A DNA stretch of 64,000 nt from positions 874,942 through 938,941 of the forward strand of contig JBJKYB010000002.1 in NCBI GenBank assembly GCA_045561235.1. Direction: 5' to 3'. Of the stretch, positions 12,531 through 25,082 are shown piece by piece. The notes beneath the pieces were generated by a model that was not told the origin of the DNA, searched no databases, and saw only the letters and a list, made by a program, of their open reading frames with translations. The position numbers and the translations under genes were made by a program. The stretch is from Gammaproteobacteria bacterium (GTDB lineage: Bacteria > Pseudomonadota > Gammaproteobacteria > Poriferisulfidales > GCA-002705445). Each line of letters starts with the position of its first letter. Positions within the stretch are counted from its first letter, which is position 1.

Positions 12531-13016
12531 ATGGATATTATAGAGTCTTTAAATAGCAATAATAATGGATACGTTACCGCGTCATCAAAAGATTTAATTA
12601 ATTGGGCAAATACCGGATCAATGTGGCCAATGACATTTGGATTAGCATGTTGCGCTATTGAAATGATGCATGCTGGAGCATCAAGGTATGACCTAGATAG
12701 ATATGGCATGATGTTTAGACCAAGTCCTAGACAGTCAGATGTAATAATTATTGCGGGTACCTTAGTAAATAAAATGGCTCCGGCCTTGAGAAAAGTCTAT
12801 GATCAAATGGCAGATCCAAAATGGGTAATATCAATGGGTTCATGTGCAAATGGTGGAGGGTATTACCACTACTCATACTCTGTTGTTAGAGGTTGCGATA
12901 GAATAATTCCTGTTGATATTTATGTGCCAGGCTGTCCTCCAACAGCGGAAGCATTGCTTTATGGAATTATGCAGCTAAAAAATAAAATTCATAATAAAAA
13001 ATCTATCAAAAGATAA
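12531..13016 (+). CDS. nuoB: NADH-quinone oxidoreductase subunit B
   Basis: N2 cluster ligand motifs CCAIEMM...GSCANGGG...VPGCPP. Confidence 0.95.
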   Translation: MDIIESLNSNNNGYVTASSKDLINWANTGSMWPMTFGLACCAIEMMHAGASRYDLDRYGMMFRPSPRQSDVIIIAGTLVNKMAPALRKVYDQMADPKWVISMGSCANGGGYYHYSYSVVRGCDRIIPVDIYVPGCPPTAEALLYGIMQLKNKIHNKKSIKR

Positions 13017-13042
13017 CTCTCATTTAATAATAGGCATTCACT

Positions 13043-13771
13043 ATGAATAATCAAGATAAGTCAAATAGTCAATTATTTTTAAATCAAAATGATATTTTGA
13101 AAGAACTTTTTGATCGTAACTTACATGAATACGAATTTTTATTTGAAAACAAGGATACTGTATCTTTTAATACCAATGATTTATTAAAAGTGATGAATAT
13201 TTTTCAAAGTAATAGCACCATTAAGTTTGAAACACTTATAGATATAACCGCTGTTGATTACTCTGATTATGGTGTCAGTGAATGGAACGCAAAAAATGCT
13301 AATAACAAGGGCTACAGTAGAGGTATAAAAAAAGATAGTAGTGGAAGATACACTTACGAGTCTACAAAAACTAATTATAACCAGCCAATTAAAAGGTTTG
13401 CTGCGATATATAATTTATTATCTACAAGTTCAAATGCCAGACTAAAAATTAAATTTTATTGCGATGATGACGAAAGCCCATCTTTGCCATCCGTTACATC
13501 AATCTGGTCTTCAGCAAATTGGTACGAAAGAGAAGCTTATGATTTATTTGGCATTGTATTCTCTGATCATCCAGATTTAAGAAGAATTTTAACTGACTAT
13601 GGTTTTATTGGGCATCCGCTTAGAAAGGATTTTCCGCTAATTGGCAACGTTGAAGTAAATTATGACCTCGAAAAAGAAAGAGTTGTTTATCAGCCTGTAA
13701 CAATTAAACCAAGAGTTTTAATTCCAAAAGTTATTAGAGAAATATCAAATAAGGAAGATAAAAATGCCTGA
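13043..13771 (+). CDS. nuoC: NADH-quinone oxidoreductase subunit C (separate gene, not fused to nuoD)
   Basis: [40 protein letters not shown] motif; about 30-aa Asn/Lys-rich insert in the middle. Confidence 0.9.
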   Translation: MNNQDKSNSQLFLNQNDILKELFDRNLHEYEFLFENKDTVSFNTNDLLKVMNIFQSNSTIKFETLIDITAVDYSDYGVSEWNAKNANNKGYSRGIKKDSSGRYTYESTKTNYNQPIKRFAAIYNLLSTSSNARLKIKFYCDDDESPSLPSVTSIWSSANWYEREAYDLFGIVFSDHPDLRRILTDYGFIGHPLRKDFPLIGNVEVNYDLEKERVVYQPVTIKPRVLIPKVIREISNKEDKNA

Positions 13772-15017
13772 AATAAAAAGTTATACAATGAATTTTGGCC
13801 CCCAACATCCATCAGCACATGGTGTATTAAGATTAATATTAGAGCTAGAAGGCGAGGTAATTGTTAGAGCTGATCCTCATATTGGTTTATTACACAGAGG
13901 AACTGAGAAACTTGCTGAGAGTAAACCATACAATCAAAGTATAGGCTATATGGATAGATTGGACTATGTTTCTATGATGAGTAATGAACATGCTTATGTT
14001 TTATCAATAGAAAAACTTTTAGATTTAGATATTCCAATAAGAGCAAAGTATATTCGAGTAATGTTTGATGAAATTACAAGGGTGCTAAATCATCTTATGT
14101 GGTTAGGTGCTCATGCGTTAGATATTGGAGCAATGTCGGTATTTTTATATGCGTTCAGGGAAAGAGAAGACTTAATGGATTGTTATGAGGCGGTTTCAGG
14201 AACAAGAATGCATGCAACTTATTATAGACCAGGCGGAGTTGCTAGAGATCTACCTCTAGAAATGCCAAAATATACAGAGACAAAATGGAAATCAAAAAAA
14301 GAAATAAATAAATTAAATGAGTCTAGAGAGGGAACTTTATTAGATTTTATTGATGATTTTACGAGTAGATTTCCGAAATGTATCGACGAATATGAGACTC
14401 TTCTTACTGATAATAGAATTTGGAAACAAAGAACTGTAGATATTGGTATCGTTTCACAAGAAAGAGCTCTGCAACTTGGATTTACCGGGCCTATGCTTAG
14501 AGGATCTGGCATTGCCTGGGACCTTAGAAAAAAACAACCCTATGAGGTATATAAAGATCTGTCATTTGATATTCCTATTGGCACAAATGGAGATTGTTAC
14601 GATAGATATCTAGTTAGAATGGAAGAAATGAGACAGTCAAATAAAATTATTCAGCAATGCGTTGAGTGGTTAAAAAATAATGATGGTGAGTTTTTATCGG
14701 ATAATAACAAAATAACAGCACCTAGCAGAGATGAAATTAATGAAGACATGGAGTCTCTGATTTATCATTTTAAACTTTTTACCGAGGGTTATTGTCTTCC
14801 TGAAGGAGAGGTTTACAGTGCTGTTGAGCATCCAAAGGGTGAATTTGGAGTCACATTGATATCTGATGGTTCGAACAAGCCATATAGGGTTAAAATACGT
14901 GCACCTGGATTTCCTCATCTTGCTGCGCTTAATGAAATGGTAAATGGTCACATGATATCTGATGTTGTTGCTGTAATTGGAACACAAGACATTGTTTTTG
15001 GAGAAATTGATAGGTAG
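13764..15017 (+). CDS. nuoD: NADH-quinone oxidoreductase subunit D
   Basis: [16 protein letters not shown] start and full-length 49-kDa subunit homology. Confidence 0.95.
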   Translation: MPEIKSYTMNFGPQHPSAHGVLRLILELEGEVIVRADPHIGLLHRGTEKLAESKPYNQSIGYMDRLDYVSMMSNEHAYVLSIEKLLDLDIPIRAKYIRVMFDEITRVLNHLMWLGAHALDIGAMSVFLYAFREREDLMDCYEAVSGTRMHATYYRPGGVARDLPLEMPKYTETKWKSKKEINKLNESREGTLLDFIDDFTSRFPKCIDEYETLLTDNRIWKQRTVDIGIVSQERALQLGFTGPMLRGSGIAWDLRKKQPYEVYKDLSFDIPIGTNGDCYDRYLVRMEEMRQSNKIIQQCVEWLKNNDGEFLSDNNKITAPSRDEINEDMESLIYHFKLFTEGYCLPEGEVYSAVEHPKGEFGVTLISDGSNKPYRVKIRAPGFPHLAALNEMVNGHMISDVVAVIGTQDIVFGEIDR

Positions 15018-15024
15018 TTTTTTT

Positions 15025-15522
15025 ATGGAAAACATGAACTCATATAATATACCTGGTGAAATTTGTAACAAAATAAATAAATGGTTACTTAAATTTCCTT
15101 CTAATGAAAAAAAACCTGCGATAATTTATGGTCTTCATCAAATTCAGAAAGAAAGTAAATATATTCAGAGCGCACATGTTGATGCTTTAGCAGAATTTCT
15201 TAATGTAGAAAAAATTGATGTTTATGAAATAGCAGCTTTTTACTCAATGTTCGAATTAGATAAAGTAGGGAAGCACACGATCTCGGTATGTACAAATGTT
15301 TCTTGCATGCTAAATGGATCTGATGAAATATTATCTTATCTTGAAAAAAAACTTAAAATTAAAGTTGGATGTTCTTCTGACAAATTCTTTTTAAAAGATG
15401 AAAGAGAGTGCCTAGCTGCCTGTGCGGGAGCTCCAATGATGCAAGTTAATCATAAATATTATGAAAATTTAACAAAGCAGAAAATTGACGAAATAATAAG
15501 AGACTTAGATGATGGAAGATAA
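15025..15522 (+). CDS. nuoE: NADH-quinone oxidoreductase subunit E (24 kDa, 2Fe-2S); ORF track alternative start 14977 would overlap nuoD
   Basis: CxxxxC...CxxxC pattern (SVCTNVSC...CLAACAGAPMM) of thioredoxin-like 2Fe-2S subunit. Confidence 0.9.
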   Translation: MENMNSYNIPGEICNKINKWLLKFPSNEKKPAIIYGLHQIQKESKYIQSAHVDALAEFLNVEKIDVYEIAAFYSMFELDKVGKHTISVCTNVSCMLNGSDEILSYLEKKLKIKVGCSSDKFFLKDERECLAACAGAPMMQVNHKYYENLTKQKIDEIIRDLDDGR

Positions 15523-16840
15523 GATAAGAATTAATGAACTATGTTACTCAACTTTGTCAAGTGACAAACCTAACACATTTGAAACATATGTCGATCAAGG
15601 CGGTTACTCTACATGGAAAAAAATTGTTTCTTCTTCAATGAGTAAAAAAGAAATTATTGAATTAGTTTTAAAGTCTGGACTTAGAGGTAGAGGTGGCGCT
15701 GGTTTTCCAACGGGTAGAAAATGGAGTTTTATAAATCAAGATTCAGAAGATATCAAGTATTTAGTTTGTAATGCTGATGAATCTGAGCCTGGCACATGTA
15801 AAGATAGAGATATCTTAAGATATAATCCTCACGCACTTATTGAAGGTATGTTAATTGCTAGTTATGCAATAGGCGCTGAAGTTGCATATTGTTATTTAAG
15901 AGGTGAATTTATTGATGATGTATATTCAACTTTTAAAACCGCATTGTATGATGCTTATGATAATAAGCTTATAGGGAAGAATATATTAAACAGCAATATT
16001 AATATTGAGCTTCATGACTTAATAGGCGCTGGTGCTTATATTGTTGGCGAGGAAACTGCCATGCTTGAATCAATAGAAGGAAAGAAAGGTTTCCCAAGAT
16101 TCAAACCTCCTTTTCCTGCTGTAAAAGGATTATTTGGTCGCCCAACAATTATTAATAATGTAGAAACGTTAGCTTCGATCCCTAAAATTATTGAAAATGG
16201 TCCCGAATGGTTTAATTCTGTAGGAACAAAAGATAGTCCAGGATTTAAATGTTTTTCTGTATCGGGACATGTTAATAAACCTGGTAATTATGAAATTCCA
16301 TTAGGCACTCCATTTAAAAAATTATTAGATTTAGCAGGTGGGATGAAAAATGGAAAGAAAATTAAAGCCGTAATTCCTGGCGGTTCTTCTGTACCAGTTG
16401 TTCCAGGAGAAATTATGCTGGAAACAAATATGGATTATGAATCAATAACAAAGGCTGGCTCGCTACTTGGCTCAGGAGCAGTAATTATTATGGATGAGGA
16501 TACAAATATGGTTGAAGTAATTCATAGAATTGCAAGATTTTATTATTCAGAATCATGTGGTCAGTGTACACCATGTCGAGAAGGTACAGGATGGATGTAT
16601 AAAATTATAGACAAAATACTTAAAGGTAATGGCACTCTGGAAGATCTAAAAACTCTTGAGTCTATTCCAAATATGATTTCTGGAAGTACAATTTGCGCCT
16701 TGGGTGATGCCGCTGCCATGCCAGTAGAAAGTTTTATAAAAAATTATAAAGAAGAATTTTTAAAGTATATTAAAACCCAAGAAGAAGTTGTAGATAATAA
16801 CTATACTAATAATAAAGAATTTGTAATGCAGCAAAAATGA
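15509..16840 (+). CDS. nuoF: NADH-quinone oxidoreductase subunit F (51 kDa, FMN/NADH site)
   Basis: GRGGAGFPTG FMN motif, ESCGQCTPCREG 4Fe-4S motif. Confidence 0.95.
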   Translation: MMEDKIRINELCYSTLSSDKPNTFETYVDQGGYSTWKKIVSSSMSKKEIIELVLKSGLRGRGGAGFPTGRKWSFINQDSEDIKYLVCNADESEPGTCKDRDILRYNPHALIEGMLIASYAIGAEVAYCYLRGEFIDDVYSTFKTALYDAYDNKLIGKNILNSNINIELHDLIGAGAYIVGEETAMLESIEGKKGFPRFKPPFPAVKGLFGRPTIINNVETLASIPKIIENGPEWFNSVGTKDSPGFKCFSVSGHVNKPGNYEIPLGTPFKKLLDLAGGMKNGKKIKAVIPGGSSVPVVPGEIMLETNMDYESITKAGSLLGSGAVIIMDEDTNMVEVIHRIARFYYSESCGQCTPCREGTGWMYKIIDKILKGNGTLEDLKTLESIPNMISGSTICALGDAAAMPVESFIKNYKEEFLKYIKTQEEVVDNNYTNNKEFVMQQK

Positions 16841-19203
16841 AAATAAAAATAAATAATAAGGAATGTAGTTTTAATAAAGGTGAAACTATAATTCAAATTG
16901 CAGATAGAAATGGCATCCATATTCCAAGGTTTTGTTACCATGATAAATTATCAATTGCTGCAAACTGTAGAATGTGTTTAGTTGAACAGGTTGGAATTAA
17001 CAAACCTCAACCAGCATGTTCAACTCCAGCTATGGAGGATCAAGAATATTTTACTAAATCTGAATTAGCCTCTAATTCTCAAAAAAATACAATGGAATTT
17101 TTGCTGATAAATCACCCTCTTGATTGTCCTGTATGTGACCAAGGCGGAATGTGTGAACTACAAGATCAAGCTTTAATGCATGGAAGAGTTAAATCAAGGT
17201 ATGAGCAAGAGAAAAGAATTGTAATGGACTATAAAATAGGACCGTTGATAACTACCAATATGACAAGATGTATTCACTGCACAAGATGTGTAAGATTCGG
17301 AGAGGAAATAGCAGGTATCAAAGAATTTGGCGCTTTTGGAAGAGGTGAAGGTATGGAGATTAGAACATACTTAAAATCAGCAATTGATTCCCCAATGTCA
17401 GGCAATATGATAGATATTTGCCCAGTAGGAGCTTTGAATGCAGCACCTTCACATATGAAAGGAAGAACTTGGGAATTAGAAGAGGTTAAACATATATCTT
17501 CTCATGATTGCGTTGGCTCCAATATGGATTTACATGTTTTAGATAATAGTGTTTTTCGAGTAGTTCCTCATGAGAATAAAAAAATTAATGAAGTTTGGAT
17601 TTCGGATAGAGACAGATTTTCTTACGAAGCTATGGAGCATACTGATAGAGTAAAAAAACCAATCGCTAAAATAAACGGTCGTCATGTTGAGGTTGAATGG
17701 GAGCAGGCGTTTGAGATTATTTATGAAAAAATAAATAAAGTGAAATTTAATAAATCTGCAGGATTTGTAAGCGCAAATTCAACAGTAGAAGAACAATATC
17801 TATTTCAGAAATGGCTTAGAGAAATTAATATAAATAATATAGACCATAGAGTTTCTCAAAATAAATTTGAATATGAGGATGAATTGATTTTTCCAAAGAT
17901 AGATATAAATATTGAGGAAATTGAAAATATAGAATCTGTATTACTTATTGATAGTAATATTACATATGAACAACCAATACTATCTCATAAAATAAGAAAA
18001 GCGTATTTAAAAAATGCAAAAATCAATTCTATACATTCATACAGTTATAATTATAATTTTGATATTAATAACTCATTTTTAGTAAATCCAAATCAACTAG
18101 CTGAAACTCTTATTGATATAGTTGAGTATTTAACAATTATTACTATAAATGATAAATCTTTGAAAAAATTTACTATTCCTGATGGTATAAAGAAAAAATT
18201 TAAAGGACTTTCCAATAAAAAAATTATTGAAATTAGTAATGATATTTTAACTAAGAATTCTCTAATAATCCTTGGCTCTAACTTAAAGAATCATCCTGAT
18301 TATGCTTTTTTTAAAATTCTTATAGATATAATTTCTACATTAACAAAATCAAATAAAGCTTATCTTGGCAATAATAGCAATGAAGCTGGGGCATATTTAA
18401 CTGGATGTTTACCAAATAAAACAGAGGCTTTAAGAGGAATTAAGAATAACGGACTTAACGTTTATGATTCAATTATTGGAAATATGGAGTGCTATATAAT
18501 TTATAATTTAGAATTAATTGATTTCTATTATTACTCAGAACTAAAAAATTCACTTGAACAGGCTAAGTTTGTTTTAGGCTTTCAGAATTTTATAACAGAA
18601 GAAGAAAAAAGTTATTACGATGTAATTCTGCCTTTAGCAACAATTTTTGAAAGTCCTGGTACTTTCATTAACATTGAGGGACAGTGGCAGTCTTTTGTTC
18701 AAGCATGCCAACCTCATCATGATTCTAAAGAAGGTTGGAAAATATTAACAAAATTAAGATCAATCTTTGGTGCTAATGTAGAAAATTCTTTAGATTACAT
18801 TGATATTTTAAATGAGGTTGACTCATCAATACGCGATTATAAACCTTTTGAAAACCTAGAATATAAAAACATTGATATTAAAAATAATTCACACAACGGT
18901 TCACTTATTAGATCGGGTGGAAGTAGTAATTATTATATTGATAATATAGTTAGAAGAGCCACCTCACTAAATAATGTGAGTTTAAGTAAGAATTCTATAA
19001 GCGTTAATAGAAGGACTTTAGAACAAAATAATATAGATATGTCAAAAAATAAAGTACTTGTAAAACAAGGCGAAAACTCTTTATTGGCTGAGTTAATTAT
19101 TGATGAGAATGTATCAGATGATTGTATTTATATTATAAATTCAAACAAGGAACACTATGATCTTGGAAAGCAATACGAACCTATAATTATTGAAAATGTT
19201 TGA
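16837..19203 (+). CDS. nuoG: NADH-quinone oxidoreductase subunit G (75 kDa); C-terminal half strongly diverged and AT-rich
   Basis: N-terminal 2Fe-2S ([15 protein letters not shown]), [17 protein letters not shown] and [10 protein letters not shown] clusters; 788 aa vs ~900 in E. coli. Confidence 0.9.
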   Translation: MKIKINNKECSFNKGETIIQIADRNGIHIPRFCYHDKLSIAANCRMCLVEQVGINKPQPACSTPAMEDQEYFTKSELASNSQKNTMEFLLINHPLDCPVCDQGGMCELQDQALMHGRVKSRYEQEKRIVMDYKIGPLITTNMTRCIHCTRCVRFGEEIAGIKEFGAFGRGEGMEIRTYLKSAIDSPMSGNMIDICPVGALNAAPSHMKGRTWELEEVKHISSHDCVGSNMDLHVLDNSVFRVVPHENKKINEVWISDRDRFSYEAMEHTDRVKKPIAKINGRHVEVEWEQAFEIIYEKINKVKFNKSAGFVSANSTVEEQYLFQKWLREININNIDHRVSQNKFEYEDELIFPKIDINIEEIENIESVLLIDSNITYEQPILSHKIRKAYLKNAKINSIHSYSYNYNFDINNSFLVNPNQLAETLIDIVEYLTIITINDKSLKKFTIPDGIKKKFKGLSNKKIIEISNDILTKNSLIILGSNLKNHPDYAFFKILIDIISTLTKSNKAYLGNNSNEAGAYLTGCLPNKTEALRGIKNNGLNVYDSIIGNMECYIIYNLELIDFYYYSELKNSLEQAKFVLGFQNFITEEEKSYYDVILPLATIFESPGTFINIEGQWQSFVQACQPHHDSKEGWKILTKLRSIFGANVENSLDYIDILNEVDSSIRDYKPFENLEYKNIDIKNNSHNGSLIRSGGSSNYYIDNIVRRATSLNNVSLSKNSISVNRRTLEQNNIDMSKNKVLVKQGENSLLAELIIDENVSDDCIYIINSNKEHYDLGKQYEPIIIENV

Positions 19204-20293
19204 TTATATAAATAACTTTTTGGATACAATATTCACTGCTTATAGAGAATTAAGTATATTGCCACATACATTAATATTAATCGGGATGATTATGATTCCT
19301 CTTTTAATAATTGTTGCATATTACACCTATGCGGAAAGAAAAATTATCGCTTCAATGCAGGTTAGATTAGGACCTAATGTTGTTGGCCCAAAGGGGTTAA
19401 TGCAACCCTTGGCTGATGGAGTAAAATTATTTTTTAAAGAAATTGTAATTCCAACAGACTCGAATAAATTTTTATTTCTTTTAGCACCAGTCATTACTTT
19501 TACTGTAGCTTTTGCTGCATGGGCTGTAATACCATTCGATAGTGTAATGGTTTTATCAGATATAAATGCTGGATTACTTTATGTTTTGGCAATGACTTCA
19601 TTAGGAATATACGGGATTATTATTGCTGGTTGGGCGTCAAACTCAAAGTATGCTTTGCTCGGCGCGATGAGGTCAGCTTCTCTAATCATTGCGTATGAAA
19701 TTGCTATGGGGTTTGCACTTGTAGGTGTAATTATGGTTTCAGGGAGTTTAAATCTTGGAGATATTATTAATGGTCAAAAGGGTTCTATTTTTAATTGGTA
19801 TTGGGTTCCTTTATTTCCATTATTTGTGATTTATTTTATTTCAGGTGTTGCCGAAACAAATAGAGCTCCATTTGATGTAGCAGAAGGAGAATCAGAACTC
19901 GTTGCTGGTTTCCATGTCGAATATTCAGGTATGGGTTTTGCTATATTTTTTATAGCAGAATATGCAAACATGATCTTAATTTCAGCATTAACAGCAATAT
20001 TATTTTTTGGTGGTTGGCTATCTCCATTTTCTGTTAGCAGTCTTGGTATTTTTGAGATCAATAACTTTACAAATAATATTTTATTATTCCTGATCAATGA
20101 TGGGATACATTGGTTTATTATAAAAACCTTCTTTTTTATGTTTTGTTTTATATGGTTCAGAGCAACTTTCCCAAGGTATCGCTATGATCAAATAATGCGG
20201 CTTGGATGGAAAATATTAATTCCAATTACAATAATTTGGATCTTCGTAGAAATGATATTTATATATTTAAAGTTAGGGCCTTGGTTTATTTAG
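19190..20293 (+). CDS. nuoH: NADH-quinone oxidoreductase subunit H
   Basis: Polytopic membrane protein with ND1 motifs ([12 protein letters not shown]...[24 protein letters not shown]). Confidence 0.95.
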   Translation: MKMFDYINNFLDTIFTAYRELSILPHTLILIGMIMIPLLIIVAYYTYAERKIIASMQVRLGPNVVGPKGLMQPLADGVKLFFKEIVIPTDSNKFLFLLAPVITFTVAFAAWAVIPFDSVMVLSDINAGLLYVLAMTSLGIYGIIIAGWASNSKYALLGAMRSASLIIAYEIAMGFALVGVIMVSGSLNLGDIINGQKGSIFNWYWVPLFPLFVIYFISGVAETNRAPFDVAEGESELVAGFHVEYSGMGFAIFFIAEYANMILISALTAILFFGGWLSPFSVSSLGIFEINNFTNNILLFLINDGIHWFIIKTFFFMFCFIWFRATFPRYRYDQIMRLGWKILIPITIIWIFVEMIFIYLKLGPWFI

Positions 20294-20303
20294 AGAAAAT
20301 ATT

Positions 20304-20774
20304 ATGAAAAATTATTTTAAAAGCTTTTTTCTTTATGAATTATTACTTGGAATGAAAGTAACATTTCTTAATATGTTTAAAAAGAAAATCACATTACGCT
20401 ATCCTGAAGAGAAAGCACCTCAGTCGCCAAGGTTTAGAGGTCTTCATGCCTTAAGGAGATATCCAAATGGGGAAGAAAGATGTATAGGATGCAAACTTTG
20501 TGAAGCAGTTTGCCCAGCATTGGCAATTTCTATAGATACAGAAGAAAGAAATGATGGTACTAGAAGAACAACTAAATATGATATTGATTTATTTAAATGT
20601 ATATTTTGTGGTTTCTGTGAGGAAGCTTGTCCAGTTGATGCAATTGTAGAAACTAGAATTTATGAATACCACTTTGAAGAGCGTGGTGAAAATATTATGA
20701 AAAAAAGCGATCTTTTAAAGATCGGTGAAAAATATGAAAAAGAGATAGCTGCTGATCTGACTTCAAAAATTTAA
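20304..20774 (+). CDS. nuoI: NADH-quinone oxidoreductase subunit I (2x 4Fe-4S)
   Basis: Two CxxCxxCxxxCP motifs ([24 protein letters not shown]). Confidence 0.95.
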   Translation: MKNYFKSFFLYELLLGMKVTFLNMFKKKITLRYPEEKAPQSPRFRGLHALRRYPNGEERCIGCKLCEAVCPALAISIDTEERNDGTRRTTKYDIDLFKCIFCGFCEEACPVDAIVETRIYEYHFEERGENIMKKSDLLKIGEKYEKEIAADLTSKI

Positions 20775-20786
20775 AGAAGGAAATTT

Positions 20787-21371
20787 ATGGATATTTTATC
20801 AATATTATTCTACTTGGTTACTTCTGTAATTATAATTTCTTCAATGAGTTTAGTTATTGTTAGTAATACTGTTCATGCAGCACTTCTTTTGGTTCTTATA
20901 TTCTTTAATAGTGCAATTTTATGGTTAACATTAAAAGCTGAGTTTTTAGCTATTGTTTTAGTTTTAGTATATGTCGGCGCAGTTTTAGTTTTATTTCTTT
21001 TTGTGATAATGCTTCTCGACATACCGGTGAAAAAGAAATCTAGTAATAAATTATATTTATTATTTTCTGTTATTACCTCTTTTATCATGTTTGCAGAGCT
21101 TTACATGATAATCTTTTACCATGACTTTAGTAACGAAGTTACGACAAATGTCGCATCAAATCTAAATAATACTTATGAAATAGGATACAAGTTATTTACA
21201 CAATATATATTTTCCTTTGAGATTACAGCTTTTATCTTACTAGTCGCAATAATAGCCGCAATAGCTATTAATTTAACTCAAAGAGAGCGATCGCTCCGTC
21301 AGGATCCGGGTAAACAAATTTTAGAAAATAAAGATTCAAGATTAAAAGTTATAAAGGGTGATGAGTTATGA
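20787..21371 (+). CDS. nuoJ: NADH-quinone oxidoreductase subunit J
   Basis: Hydrophobic 5-TM protein in conserved operon position between nuoI and nuoK. Confidence 0.85.
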   Translation: MDILSILFYLVTSVIIISSMSLVIVSNTVHAALLLVLIFFNSAILWLTLKAEFLAIVLVLVYVGAVLVLFLFVIMLLDIPVKKKSSNKLYLLFSVITSFIMFAELYMIIFYHDFSNEVTTNVASNLNNTYEIGYKLFTQYIFSFEITAFILLVAIIAAIAINLTQRERSLRQDPGKQILENKDSRLKVIKGDEL

Positions 21372-21673
21372 TAACAATGACCCATTATTTAGTTTTTAGC
21401 GCTCTCTTATTTTGTATTAGTATTGCAGGAATATTCATTAATAGAAAAAATATTCTACTTTTACTTATGTCTATAGAGTTAATGCTTCTTTCAGTAAATA
21501 CTAATTTTATAGTTTTTTCACATTATAGCTCTGATATTACTGGTCAAGTATTTGTTTTTTTTATTTTAGCAGTTGCAGCAGCAGAATCTGCTATCGGACT
21601 AGCGATCATAGTATCCTTATTTAGGATAAGAAATTCCCTAGAAATAAATTTGATAAATAAACTTAAAGGCTAA
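21368..21673 (+). CDS. nuoK: NADH-quinone oxidoreductase subunit K
   Basis: 101-aa 3-TM protein with conserved ESAIGLAI glutamate motif; 4-nt overlap with nuoJ. Confidence 0.9.
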   Translation: MITMTHYLVFSALLFCISIAGIFINRKNILLLLMSIELMLLSVNTNFIVFSHYSSDITGQVFVFFILAVAAAESAIGLAIIVSLFRIRNSLEINLINKLKG

Positions 21674-21678
21674 TAAGC

Positions 21679-23586
21679 ATGGAATCATTAATAATTTACA
21701 TACCTATTCTTTTGATTATAAGTACCTTAATTATTGGCCTAAGTACTGATAAACTAAATAATTTTTATTCAGGGTTAATAAGCACATCCTTAGTTTTTGT
21801 TTCTTTAATAATCTCATTATTTATATTATTTGATATTTTTTCAAATGAAAAAATTATTTATTATGATAATTTTTATGACTGGATATCTATTGGCGGCTTG
21901 AATATTGGTATTGGATATTTAATAGATAAATTTTCTGCAATAATGCTTGTGGTAGTTTTATCTATATCCTCGGTAGTCCATTTATATAGTATCGACTATA
22001 TGAAAGATGAGAAAGATTTTAAAAGATTTTTTTCTTATATAGCTTTATTTACTTTTTCAATGGTATTACTTGTAATATCAAATAATTTAATTCAGCTATT
22101 CATCGGCTGGGAAGGAGTAGGTCTTGTTTCTTATTTATTAATCGGTTTTTTCTATAAAAAGCAATCAGCTATTAAAGCAAATTTAAAAGCTTTTCTTATA
22201 AATAGAATAGGAGACATGTTTTTTATTTTAGGAATCGCTATGGTATATGCTGCTTTTGATTCCTTTGACTACAGAACTATATTTGCAAGTATAAATATAA
22301 CGAATGTCTCAGCTTTAGATTCCTATTTTGGTTTAGATTACATTGACTTTGCTTGTTTATTTTTATTTTTTGGTGCAATGGCAAAATCTGCACAAATTCC
22401 CCTACATGTTTGGCTCCCAGACTCAATGGAAGGCCCAACTCCCATATCAGCATTAATACACGCAGCTACAATGGTAACAGCGGGAATATTTATGGTTGCT
22501 AGATTATCTCCATTATACGAACTTGCTTTATTTACCAATGATTTTATCTTGTTAATAGGTGCTTCCACAGCATTATTTATTGGAGTTATAGCAATATTTG
22601 AAAATGATATTAAGAAAGTTATAGCTTTTTCAACAATATCACAGTTAGGCTATATGGTCGCCGCTTTGGGGATTAATGCTTACAGCACATCTTTTTTTCA
22701 TTTGTATACCCATGCCTTTTTTAAGGCTTTATTATTTTTATGTGCTGGATCTGTAATTATGTCTCTTCATCATAATCAAGACATAAGAAAAATGGGTGGT
22801 TTAAAATCAAAGCTACCAATAACTTATATCAGTTTCTTAATAGGCACTTTATGTATTATAGGATTTCCATTTACATCAGGATTTTTCTCTAAAGATTTAA
22901 TATTAGAAGTAATGCTTTATAAAGATAATACGATCTCATTTATTGCTTATCTAATGTTATTATTTGGCGCTTTGGTAACTACTATTTACTCATTAAGACT
23001 TTTATTTTTTGTTTTTTATAATGAATATAGAGGAAATGATTTGCATAATATCAAGGAACAATCAAAGATTATTACTTTTCCATTAATAGTACTTTCTATT
23101 CTATCTATTTTATCTGGCTATTCAATTAAGATATTTGTAGAGCTGCCAATATTTATGTATCAAGCAGAAGTTAATTATTACGACGATATGATATCTTTTA
23201 TAAAGCATGGAATATTTTCTCCCGCCTCTGTAGCATTAATTTTAGGATTTATTATTGCAAAAAAATTATATAAAGATAATATTAAAATCAAATTTTTAGA
23301 TAATAAATTTATTAATAATATAACAATAGTAATAAAGTCAAAATATAAATTTGATGAATTTTTTATTTATATTTCAAAACTATTAAAAAATTCTTCAACA
23401 TATCTTTCTCAAAAATTAGATTTAGGATTTATAGATATTTCCATAGTAAACGGTTTGCCAAAAAAAATTAATAGTGTTTCTGGTCTTTTAAAAAATATGA
23501 GTAGTGGATATTTATATCATTATGCATTTTCTATTGTGTTTTCTTTAGTTATTATTTTTGGAATTATATTAATGAGGGTTTTATAG
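21679..23586 (+). CDS. nuoL: NADH-quinone oxidoreductase subunit L
   Basis: 635-aa antiporter-like subunit (WLPDSMEGPTPISALIHAATMVTAG motif). Confidence 0.95.
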   Translation: MESLIIYIPILLIISTLIIGLSTDKLNNFYSGLISTSLVFVSLIISLFILFDIFSNEKIIYYDNFYDWISIGGLNIGIGYLIDKFSAIMLVVVLSISSVVHLYSIDYMKDEKDFKRFFSYIALFTFSMVLLVISNNLIQLFIGWEGVGLVSYLLIGFFYKKQSAIKANLKAFLINRIGDMFFILGIAMVYAAFDSFDYRTIFASINITNVSALDSYFGLDYIDFACLFLFFGAMAKSAQIPLHVWLPDSMEGPTPISALIHAATMVTAGIFMVARLSPLYELALFTNDFILLIGASTALFIGVIAIFENDIKKVIAFSTISQLGYMVAALGINAYSTSFFHLYTHAFFKALLFLCAGSVIMSLHHNQDIRKMGGLKSKLPITYISFLIGTLCIIGFPFTSGFFSKDLILEVMLYKDNTISFIAYLMLLFGALVTTIYSLRLLFFVFYNEYRGNDLHNIKEQSKIITFPLIVLSILSILSGYSIKIFVELPIFMYQAEVNYYDDMISFIKHGIFSPASVALILGFIIAKKLYKDNIKIKFLDNKFINNITIVIKSKYKFDEFFIYISKLLKNSSTYLSQKLDLGFIDISIVNGLPKKINSVSGLLKNMSSGYLYHYAFSIVFSLVIIFGIILMRVL

Positions 23587-25082
23587 TGGAATATATATTA
23601 TCCTTACTAATTTGGTCGCCAATATTATCTGGTATTTTTATACTTTTTTATAAGAAAGATAATTTTCTTTTAGACCTATATAATATTTTAATTAATTTTG
23701 TAATTTTTTTATTTTCGTTGTTTCTTTTATTTAATTATAATAATAATATTCCTGATTTTCAGTTTATAGAAAAAGTACGTTGGATTCCTTCATTCAATAT
23801 CAACTATTTTTTAGGCGTTGATTCTATATCTATTTTATTAATTTTATTAAATACGATAATTTTTTTGATAGTTGCCTTATATAATTCGACTTTATTAATA
23901 AAAAAACGAAATCAATATTATGCAAGTTTCTTAATTGCTAATGGTTTAACTATTGGAGTTTTTTCTGCTTTAGACGCTATATTATTTTATATTTTTTTTG
24001 AAGCATTATTGATTCCTATGTTTTTAATTATTGGCATTTGGGGAGGGTTGAATAGAATTTATGCATCCATTAAATTTTTTATATATACATTTTTAGGGTC
24101 TATTCTTCTTTTAATATCATTTTTGTATATAAATTCTTCTATCTCTTCCTTTAGTGTAGATTTATTTTATAAATCAAGTTTCTCTTTAGAAGAACAGGAG
24201 TGGCTTTTTTTAGCAATGGCCATTGCTTTTGCAATTAAAATTCCTATGTTTCCTTTTCATACATGGTTGCCTGACGCACATGTTGAAGCCCCAACTTCAG
24301 GCTCTGTAGTTCTTGCAGCCATACTTTTAAAAGTTGGTGCTTATGGATTTATAAGATATGTCATACCCGTAGTACCTTTAGGAGCGCAGTCCTTGGATTT
24401 GTATTTTATATTTTTATCATTAGTAGCAATTGTCTATGTGGGAATAGTTGCTATATCACAAAATGATATGAAGAAATTAATAGCTTATTCTTCTATATCT
24501 CATATGGGATTTGTAACTCTTGGTTTTTTTATAATTTTTCAATTATTCGATAATACTGAAAGTAGTAAAGATTTAGTTATTAGTTTATCAGGAAGTATGT
24601 ATCAAATAATTTCACATGGTTTTGTATCAGCAGCATTATTCATATGCGTTGGCTCTATTTATGATAGGTTCAAAACAAAAAAAATATCCGACTTAAGTGG
24701 TTTATTAAATAAAATGCCTATTTATAGTTGGTTTTTTGTATTCTTTGCGTTGGCAAACTGCGGTTTGCCAGGAACCTCTAGTTTTGTAGGCGAACTTCTT
24801 ATTATAATTTCAGCATTTAAAGCAAATTACATTTATGCTTTTTTAGCTTCCACAACTCTAATAATATCTGCTGTATATTCTTTATGGCTTGTAAAAAGAG
24901 TAATTTTTGGTGAAATTAAAGTAGAAATGAAAGAATGTATAGATGCAAGCTTTTTAGAGAAAATACTTCTTTTTACCATGGCAATAATTGTGCTTATTCT
25001 TGGTTTTTATCCTGATTTCATCGTAAGCTTTATGAATGAATCATTAAAAGTAATGTCTAACAATATAATTTTAAAAATATGA
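23586..25082 (+). CDS. nuoM: NADH-quinone oxidoreductase subunit M
   Basis: GTG start overlapping nuoL stop by 1 nt (TAGTG); TWLPDAHVEAPTSGSVVLAAILLK motif. Confidence 0.93.
   Translation: MEYILSLLIWSPILSGIFILFYKKDNFLLDLYNILINFVIFLFSLFLLFNYNNNIPDFQFIEKVRWIPSFNINYFLGVDSISILLILLNTIIFLIVALYNSTLLIKKRNQYYASFLIANGLTIGVFSALDAILFYIFFEALLIPMFLIIGIWGGLNRIYASIKFFIYTFLGSILLLISFLYINSSISSFSVDLFYKSSFSLEEQEWLFLAMAIAFAIKIPMFPFHTWLPDAHVEAPTSGSVVLAAILLKVGAYGFIRYVIPVVPLGAQSLDLYFIFLSLVAIVYVGIVAISQNDMKKLIAYSSISHMGFVTLGFFIIFQLFDNTESSKDLVISLSGSMYQIISHGFVSAALFICVGSIYDRFKTKKISDLSGLLNKMPIYSWFFVFFALANCGLPGTSSFVGELLIIISAFKANYIYAFLASTTLIISAVYSLWLVKRVIFGEIKVEMKECIDASFLEKILLFTMAIIVLILGFYPDFIVSFMNESLKVMSNNIILKI

Noticed and set aside
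14977-15024. ORF-track start of nuoE 41 nt inside nuoD
   Set aside because: The ATG at 15025 follows the nuoD stop by 7 nt and begins the conserved NuoE sequence. The upstream extension overlaps nuoD without support.
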